Source: PVC group bacterium
Lineage (GTDB): Bacteria; GCA-001730085; JADFSZ01
NCBI GenBank assembly: GCA_022560555.1
Contig: JADFSZ010000123.1
Coordinates: 1-5,301, forward strand
Direction: 5' to 3'
Length of the DNA stretch: 5,301 nt
This document shows positions 1-4,755 of this stretch, in pieces (the stretch's first letter is position 1; each line of letters begins with the position of its first letter). The notes under the pieces are model-generated. The model did no database searches. It was not told the DNA's origin and saw nothing but the letters and a program-made list of their open reading frames with translations. A program made the translations under genes and the position numbers.

Positions 1-165
1 GCTCTTACAGAAGCATCCCCGTCCGATACCTTTCTTGTGAGTGATGATAGTGTGGGTGATGCCAACAACCACTTAGGGGGCTTGCATATCCTCTATGTAG
101 ACGGACATGTGAAATGGGGTGCCGGAGTTGCTAATCTTGGGGCCGTTGCTCCGCTTGCACTTTGA
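1..165 (+). CDS. 3' end (C-terminal 54 aa) of a prepilin-type / type II secretion pseudopilin-like protein with the H-X9-DG motif; the 5' end lies outside the window
   Basis: Frame 1 is open from base 1 to TGA at 163-165 and gives ALTEASPSDTFLVSDDSVGDANNHLGGLHILYVDGHVKWGAGVANLGAVAPLAL*. His at 70-72 is followed by nine residues (LGGLHILYV) and then Asp-Gly at 100-105, then HV.W. This is the signature of the prepilin-type processing-associated H-X9-DG domain, a family greatly expanded in PVC-group bacteria. An intrinsic terminator follows at 212-248. The N-terminal prepilin leader cannot be seen. Confidence 0.7.
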   Translation, partial: ALTEASPSDTFLVSDDSVGDANNHLGGLHILYVDGHVKWGAGVANLGAVAPLAL

Positions 166-211
166 TAATTAATGTAAGTTTATCAAAGTTGAAGTTTTAG
201 GATATATGAAT

Positions 212-248
212 AAAAAAGAGAGCCTTGCGGATGCAGGGCTCTCTTTTT
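212..248 (+). terminator. Rho-independent terminator downstream of the pilin-like gene; A-tract/T-tract symmetry suggests it could act in both directions
   Basis: The 11-bp stem pairs GAGAGCCTTGC (218-228) with GCAGGGCTCTC (233-243), with one G.U wobble at 225/236. The loop is GGAT (229-232). The stem is followed by TTTTT (244-248) and preceded by AAAAAA (212-217). It lies 47 nt after the stop codon. Confidence 0.75.
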
Positions 249-290
249 AATGTTTTTTTGGATCGGCCGTTTGATGTCTTCCAAATGATT

Positions 291-318
291 TTGACATTCA
301 TGTGTTCGAGATTATAAT
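291..318 (+). promoter_or_regulatory. Near-consensus sigma70-type promoter for the Wzy_C-TPR gene
   Basis: TTGACA (291-296) is separated by a 16-nt spacer from TATAAT (313-318); both hexamers match the E. coli consensus perfectly. The predicted transcription start is near 324-326. That leaves a leader of about 20-28 nt containing AAAGG (337-341) before the TTG at 346 or ATG at 352. Whether this organism uses the E. coli consensus is not known. Confidence 0.55.
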
Positions 319-345
319 GAAAGTTGCCTTGACCCAAAAGGTTCA

Positions 346-2268
346 TTGTCCATGTTTAACAAATGTATTAAATACGGCTTTTTTGTAGCCATTCTCACCA
401 TTGTCCCGCTCGTATTTTGGAAGCAATTTTTCAATTGGTTTCTCCTTAAATTATATGTTGCCCAACTCGCATTGGGCTTGCTCAGTGTCTGGCTTGTCTT
501 TCGGCTTTGTGAAATCGACACTCTTAGATTCACGAAAAATTCTCTCAATATCTCTATCTTTGGTTTTTTTGTTGTTTTTTCCGTCTTTACGATCTTCTCA
601 AAATATCATCATATCTCGTTTCCGGAATGGCAGGAGTATGTAACGTATCTGCTGTTGTATTTTTTGTTTAGCAACCTCATTACGAACCGGAAAGAGTTCA
701 CTCTTGTGTGTCATCTTCCGATCATCGCGGCTGTGATCGCGACATTGTACGGGCTGAAACAATGCGGCTGGAGCCTCAAGGGAGGTATCCCTTACTCAAC
801 TTTGGGAAATAAAAATTTCTTTGGAAATTTTATCACTATGAACATATTTATTGTCGGAGGTCTTTTGGCCACTACGATGATGAAAAACGCGTTAAATAGA
901 TTATCAAATTGGGTTTCATTGAGAACGTGGGGATACGCGGCCGTATTGGTTCTTTTGATGATTGGCGAATTTATTTCAAGATCCAACGGAGTGTGGCTCG
1001 GCCTCGGAGTTGCAATCATTATTTTTGGGTTTTGCGCGTTATCGATTCGATCGAGACTTCTTTATTGTATCTTTGTCCTGGTCATCTCAACCATCGCGAT
1101 TTATACACCTTATATTCAAAAGCAAGTCATTGATGAATTTTCTACAGGGGTCCGTCAGTATATTTGGAAAGGTTCGTTTCAAATGTTTGTTTCAAATATA
1201 TGGTGGGGGCCGGGTTTCGGAACGTTTTTTGTCGAGTACCCAAAACACCGTCTTACGGATTATTTCAGCATGGAGAAAGCGGTCACAACCACTCGACATG
1301 CTCATAATGAATTTATTCAACTCGGAGCGGAGATGGGTATTTGGGGCGTGATGGCTTTTGCGGCGATAGTATTTTTAGTTCTTTGGCAGGGATACAAGAT
1401 ACTAGGTTTGTATCGTAAAGAATTAAGGGCCTGTTTGATTAAAGTGATCAAGCCGGGTACTGATATGAAGGACGCCGAGCTAAAACAAGATGATTTGCAA
1501 ATTGTGCTTCCTTTAATAGGTATATGGATGGGGCTCGTGGGAGTGATTGCGCACAATATGGTGAGTGTTGATCTTCGTTTTCCATCGATCGCCGTTAGTT
1601 TTTGGAGCGCTCTCGGATTATTCGTGGCCGGTCAAAAAATTTTGAACCCCCGTGAGCGGGTTTTTAACATTCCCGATCGTATAAGAACCCACTTATCAAG
1701 CAACTCAGCAACTTATATTGTTTTGGCCGCGGCTCTGATTATTCTATTGCAGTACCCGCTCGTATATAAACCGATTATGTCTCAATCGTTATTTCATAAA
1801 GGCGTTGTTACCAGAAGCCAGGGCAAGTGGGAGGAATCTACGGCTTATTATAATCGAGCCCTCGAATATGATCCTGTCAATTTGCGGATTTTATATCGCC
1901 TGGCCTTTAATTATGCTCAATTAAACCAAATGGAAAATGCGCTTAAGACATACTTGCGATTAACAAGTCTGGCCCCGAATTATAGCCGTGTCCAGAGTAA
2001 TTTGGGTAAAATTTATCTTCAGCTTGGACAACTAGATTATGCTATTAAAAATTTTAGAGAAGCCCTCAGCATGAATCCTTACGCGGTTGATGATCACGTT
2101 TCTTTGGCTCAGGCTTATTTTAATACCCAAGAGCCTATGAAGGCTTTAGCCGAATTAGAATTTGCAAGCACATTGGAACCCGAGAATGAATCTGTAAAAA
2201 CGATTATGGCACAAGTTGTGAGCCATATTCGTTCGCAAGAGCGAACGGATACAATACCTAGCCCTTAG
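346..2268 (+). CDS. Polytopic membrane protein of the O-antigen ligase/polymerase (Wzy_C, WaaL/Wzy/PglL/TfpO) family with a C-terminal TPR domain of about four repeats
   Basis: This is a 640-codon ORF ending at TAG 2266-2268. The track begins at TTG 346, but ATG at 352 (MFNKCIKYG...) is an equally plausible true start. There are many hydrophobic helices. A long loop ends in RHAHNEFIQLGAEMGIWG (HAHNEF begins at 1297), which matches the conserved Wzy_C core (H-x-H-N-x-[FY]...E.G..G). The C-terminal region from about 1795 to 2190 has TPR-like periodicity: WEESTAYYNRALEYDP, LAFNYAQLNQMENALKTYLRLTSLAP, LGKIYLQLGQLDYAIKNFREALSMNP and LAQAYFNTQEPMKALAELEFASTLEP. Confidence 0.88.
   Translation: MSMFNKCIKYGFFVAILTIVPLVFWKQFFNWFLLKLYVAQLALGLLSVWLVFRLCEIDTLRFTKNSLNISIFGFFVVFSVFTIFSKYHHISFPEWQEYVTYLLLYFLFSNLITNRKEFTLVCHLPIIAAVIATLYGLKQCGWSLKGGIPYSTLGNKNFFGNFITMNIFIVGGLLATTMMKNALNRLSNWVSLRTWGYAAVLVLLMIGEFISRSNGVWLGLGVAIIIFGFCALSIRSRLLYCIFVLVISTIAIYTPYIQKQVIDEFSTGVRQYIWKGSFQMFVSNIWWGPGFGTFFVEYPKHRLTDYFSMEKAVTTTRHAHNEFIQLGAEMGIWGVMAFAAIVFLVLWQGYKILGLYRKELRACLIKVIKPGTDMKDAELKQDDLQIVLPLIGIWMGLVGVIAHNMVSVDLRFPSIAVSFWSALGLFVAGQKILNPRERVFNIPDRIRTHLSSNSATYIVLAAALIILLQYPLVYKPIMSQSLFHKGVVTRSQGKWEESTAYYNRALEYDPVNLRILYRLAFNYAQLNQMENALKTYLRLTSLAPNYSRVQSNLGKIYLQLGQLDYAIKNFREALSMNPYAVDDHVSLAQAYFNTQEPMKALAELEFASTLEPENESVKTIMAQVVSHIRSQERTDTIPSP
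2230..2247. other. Perfect short hairpin/palindrome inside the 3' end of the Wzy_C-TPR gene, just before the convergent gene overlap
   Basis: CGTTCGC (2230-2236), loop AAGA, then GCGAACG (2241-2247) form a 7-bp perfect stem. No U-tract follows on either strand, so it is not a canonical intrinsic terminator. It encodes RSQERT in the + gene. Confidence 0.4.
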
Positions 2269-3709
2269 ACCGCTTCTCCTGTTTGGCTCGTCTTCGTAAA
2301 AAGAATGCGCATATTAAAATCATAAAAATCAAAAAAAGAATCGCTTTGCCGGCCCATGGGTTTCCCTGGCGAAACGATTTTAAGAGTCCTAGGTCGAAAT
2401 GACTGTTAACTTCGAAAAGTTTTTGAAAACAAAGTTCCAAATGACCATAGATGGGAGAAAATCCGGGATGAAAAAGAAGAAGACCGTATCGATCCCATTC
2501 TTTAAGAACATATCCGACATATTCCGTAAAACTAATGAGAACACCCAGGCTGTTAATGAAAAATCCCAACATGAATAGGCCCCAGCACAAGCGTCTCCAT
2601 TTCCGGCTGGATTCCATCAATTTTCCTATGGGAAGGATCAAGCAAAAAATAATAGGATACAGATAGCGAGGCCCCCAGGATGTCCCGCCCTCCCAATTGA
2701 CCCAGCATGAGAAAAATAGAAACATCTGAAGAATCATAATGATGAATAAAAGACACTCGTGTTTATTTGTTCCCCAAAACTTTTTTAAAGCGGGATAAAC
2801 GAGAAGGGCTAGGGGGACATAGAGAAAAATGCTTTTGCCCGCGCTGAAAAGCAATCCATAGAGTCCGACAAATAGTGGCGTCGTAAAGCCCCATCGCTGA
2901 AGTTGGTCGGGGCCGATTATGTAAGCGTGATAACCTGTTAAGAGCCAGCTGCCGAATCGCTCCGTATTATAATAAGCGATGAGACCTAAAGGAAGAATAG
3001 CTCCCAGTAGGATGATAAGAGTATTCAGGAAAATGCTCCGGGGAGATTTTGATGAGGAATGTGAGAGTTCTTTTAAGAGCAGATAAAGAATAATAGCCGG
3101 AACAAAAAGAGCGGTTGTTAATCGCGTAAGGCACATGCACCCCATAAAAAAACCGCACCAAAAAAGCTGAATTCGCGATTGTTTTGATGGATAAGAAACG
3201 GCAAAGAAAACGGCCCCGAGGGTGAATAAACCGCTTAAAGGATCCGGGAAGCCAAATTTTGCGTATGGCCAAACAAAGGACCCGAGTCCATAAAACAATG
3301 TAAGACTGATCGATGTTTTTTCTTTAAAACGTAATGCTCGAGCGCAAAGGTAGAAGAAGATACAGCTGAAAGCTGTGACAAAGCAGTTTAAGCTCATCGC
3401 GAGAGCTGTCTTAACTCCGGCTAAGTTCGGGACGTGTGAAAGGGCATGGCCGAGAGCTATGAGAGGGATATAAGCCAAGGATGTTCCAAGGCCGTAGGGA
3501 GAATACAACTGCCCGTCGGGGCCAAGGGAAAGCCCCTGCGGGGGAAGTCCCGTGATATTCCAACGGCCATTTTCAAATAAATTTTGAGCAACTTTGTAGA
3601 TAATAAGACCGTCTTGGGTATAGAGGTGTCCTCCCGATGATAGAAGAAATATGGATAAAAAGAAAAAGAATATAAAGAAGCTGGGGGCAATGGGGGATGT
3701 GAGTTTCAT
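2258..3709 (-). CDS. GT-C-fold integral membrane glycosyltransferase (ArnT / PMT_2 / YfhO-like, polyprenyl-phosphate-sugar dependent); acceptor unknown
   Basis: The 483-aa ORF is almost entirely hydrophobic, with roughly 11-13 predicted helices. After the first helix there is an acidic/aromatic loop, SGGHLYTQDGLIIYKVAQNLFENGRW, in the position where GT-C enzymes carry their catalytic Asp. A later WGPRYLYP motif and a basic C-terminal tail (RRRAKQEKRSKG) are also present. The start ATG (3709-3707) overlaps the stop of the upstream GT2 gene in ATGA. Assignment to GT-C is by architecture and context; no subfamily was assigned. Confidence 0.75.
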   Translation of the reverse strand: MKLTSPIAPSFFIFFFFLSIFLLSSGGHLYTQDGLIIYKVAQNLFENGRWNITGLPPQGLSLGPDGQLYSPYGLGTSLAYIPLIALGHALSHVPNLAGVKTALAMSLNCFVTAFSCIFFYLCARALRFKEKTSISLTLFYGLGSFVWPYAKFGFPDPLSGLFTLGAVFFAVSYPSKQSRIQLFWCGFFMGCMCLTRLTTALFVPAIILYLLLKELSHSSSKSPRSIFLNTLIILLGAILPLGLIAYYNTERFGSWLLTGYHAYIIGPDQLQRWGFTTPLFVGLYGLLFSAGKSIFLYVPLALLVYPALKKFWGTNKHECLLFIIMILQMFLFFSCWVNWEGGTSWGPRYLYPIIFCLILPIGKLMESSRKWRRLCWGLFMLGFFINSLGVLISFTEYVGYVLKEWDRYGLLLFHPGFSPIYGHLELCFQKLFEVNSHFDLGLLKSFRQGNPWAGKAILFLIFMILICAFFLRRRAKQEKRSKG

Positions 3710-4686
3710 TCGGGGCGGTTTTCTAAATCAGATTTTATTTCATTTTGATTTTTGCGTAATCGGACGAGTTCGTTTTTAAGAAAGACTATCTGAGTCCCGA
3801 TAAATCCGAAAGACAGCATTTGAATGCCGGAAAGAATGAGTATAGCCATGAGGATAATGAGAGGTCGGTTGGGAGTTAATTGCCCCATTTGCCAGAGGAA
3901 AATAAGATAAATGCCGGCTCCAACCCCGAGCATAATAAAGATCAAGCCTATGATCCCGAAAAACAAGCTTGGTTTTTCGGAAATTGAAAAAATCATATGT
4001 GAAAAAGCCGTTGCACGAAATTGAAATTTGGATACTCCCTTTTTCCGAAAATTCAAGCACGCGGGAATTTCATCAATGTGAAACCCGAGAGCAAGACATT
4101 TTGATAAGATTTCGAGATGAATGTCTTTGCCGTCAGATATCAAATCGAGGGATTGAATAACATGACGCCGGTAGGCGCGAAAAACGCATGTGATGGTATA
4201 AAATTTCTTTGGAAGCATTTTACTGATGATCATATTGCCTGTACGGCTAACCAAAAGTCTTTGCCACGGCACATTGACGGTTTGGCCTCCGGGCATATAG
4301 GCGGAGCCCAACACGATATCGGTATGGGGATTTGCCCCCAGATGATTGTATAACGCGTATATTTGCGGACAATCGTACGATAAATCCGCATCGGCCGTGA
4401 CGATAATATTTCCTCGAGCGTGTTTAAGTCCTTCTCGAAGCGCTTTTCCTCGTCCCGTGTTGATCGGATATGACACGATACGAACGCGTGTGTCTTTGGA
4501 TGCGGATTGCTGTGCTTGACTCAGCGTTTGATCCGTACTGCCGTCATTGACAATAATCAATTCCCAGTCCAGGCTTTTTTCGGCGAAGGCGGAGATCACG
4601 CTTTTTATCGTTGTTTGGATCTGCGGCCCTTCATTGTAGGCGGGTATGACGATGGAGAGGTGGGGTCTTTTTTGCGGAGTTTCCAT
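3706..4686 (-). CDS. Family 2 glycosyltransferase, polyprenyl-phosphate sugar synthase type (GtrB / ArnC / DPM1 / CsbB-like) with two C-terminal transmembrane helices
   Basis: The 326-aa ORF has an N-terminal GT-A signature LSIVIPAYNE followed by ELIIVNDGSTDQT. The DxD motif TADADLSYD places D-A-D at 4392-4384. The C-terminus has two hydrophobic helices (LFFGIIGLIFIMLGVGAGIYLIFLW and LIILMAILILSGIQMLSFGFIGTQIVFL), as in GtrB/ArnC-type enzymes. The stop TGA (3708-3706) overlaps the next gene's ATG. Confidence 0.9.
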   Translation of the reverse strand: METPQKRPHLSIVIPAYNEGPQIQTTIKSVISAFAEKSLDWELIIVNDGSTDQTLSQAQQSASKDTRVRIVSYPINTGRGKALREGLKHARGNIIVTADADLSYDCPQIYALYNHLGANPHTDIVLGSAYMPGGQTVNVPWQRLLVSRTGNMIISKMLPKKFYTITCVFRAYRRHVIQSLDLISDGKDIHLEILSKCLALGFHIDEIPACLNFRKKGVSKFQFRATAFSHMIFSISEKPSLFFGIIGLIFIMLGVGAGIYLIFLWQMGQLTPNRPLIILMAILILSGIQMLSFGFIGTQIVFLKNELVRLRKNQNEIKSDLENRPE

Positions 4687-4698
4687 ATAGTTTATATT

Positions 4699-4726
4699 AT
4701 TGTATAATTAATTAGAAATAAATCAA
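4699..4726 (-). promoter_or_regulatory. Candidate sigma70-type promoter for the GT2/GT-C operon, implying a very short leader
   Basis: On the minus strand, TTGATT (4726-4721) is separated by a 16-nt spacer from TACAAT (4704-4699). The predicted start near 4692 is only about 6 nt upstream of the ATG at 4686. No Shine-Dalgarno sequence is visible (AATATAAACTAT precedes the ATG). Confidence 0.35.
4701..4708 (+). promoter_or_regulatory. Candidate extended -10 promoter element (TGTATAAT) for the rightward membrane-protein gene
   Basis: TGTATAAT at 4701-4708 matches the extended -10 pattern TGnTATAAT. The -35 position holds only a weak TTCCAT (4681-4686). The predicted start near 4715 would give a leader of about 40 nt before the ATG at 4756. 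The element overlaps the minus-strand -10 (4699-4704) and a 10-bp palindrome TAATTAATTA (4705-4714). Confidence 0.35.
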
Positions 4727-4755
4727 TCTAAAATTTCCGGGTTTTTATAAGAAAC

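Noticed and set aside
165-173. ATAATTAAT shared between the first intergenic region (165-173) and the divergent promoter region (4704-4712), possibly a common operator
   Set aside because: A 9-bp all-A/T match between two AT-rich intergenic regions is expected by chance. The first copy overlaps the stop codon of the pilin-like gene rather than a promoter.
206-250. 14-codon mini-ORF (MNKKESLADAGLSF*) with AGGA 3 nt upstream, spanning the terminator hairpin
   Set aside because: It coincides exactly with the terminator stem-loop, which explains the sequence better. The AGGA-to-ATG spacing is too short, and there is no independent support for coding.
317-388. 23-codon upstream ORF (MKVALTQKVHCPCLTNVLNTAFL*) overlapping the start of the Wzy_C-TPR gene
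   Set aside because: Its ATG lies inside the predicted -10 hexamer (313-318), so it would be upstream of the predicted transcription start. It has no ribosome-binding site.
312-1556. Nested or antisense ORFs from the track: 312-548 (-), 401-643 (+), 792-1019 (-), 909-1133 (+), 962-1351 (+), 1317-1556 (-)
   Set aside because: All lie within the 640-codon Wzy_C-TPR frame, which has clear family motifs. Their translations are low-complexity or Ser/Arg-rich shadow-frame products with no recognisable motifs.
2297-2340. A-rich run (TAAAAAGAATGCGCATATTAAAATCATAAAAATCAAAAAAAGAA) just past the + gene stop that looks like terminator flank
   Set aside because: No adjacent GC-rich hairpin is present. 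On the minus strand the run encodes the last transmembrane helix and basic tail of the GT-C protein (LFLIFMILICAFFLRRR...).
2553-4707. Nested ORFs inside the GT-C and GT2 genes: 2553-2756, 2967-3272, 3457-3690, 3776-4060 (all -), and 3969-4160, 4117-4353, 4507-4707 (all +)
   Set aside because: They are off-frame or antisense shadows of two long ORFs with strong family signatures. None has a start context or motif that would justify an overlapping gene.
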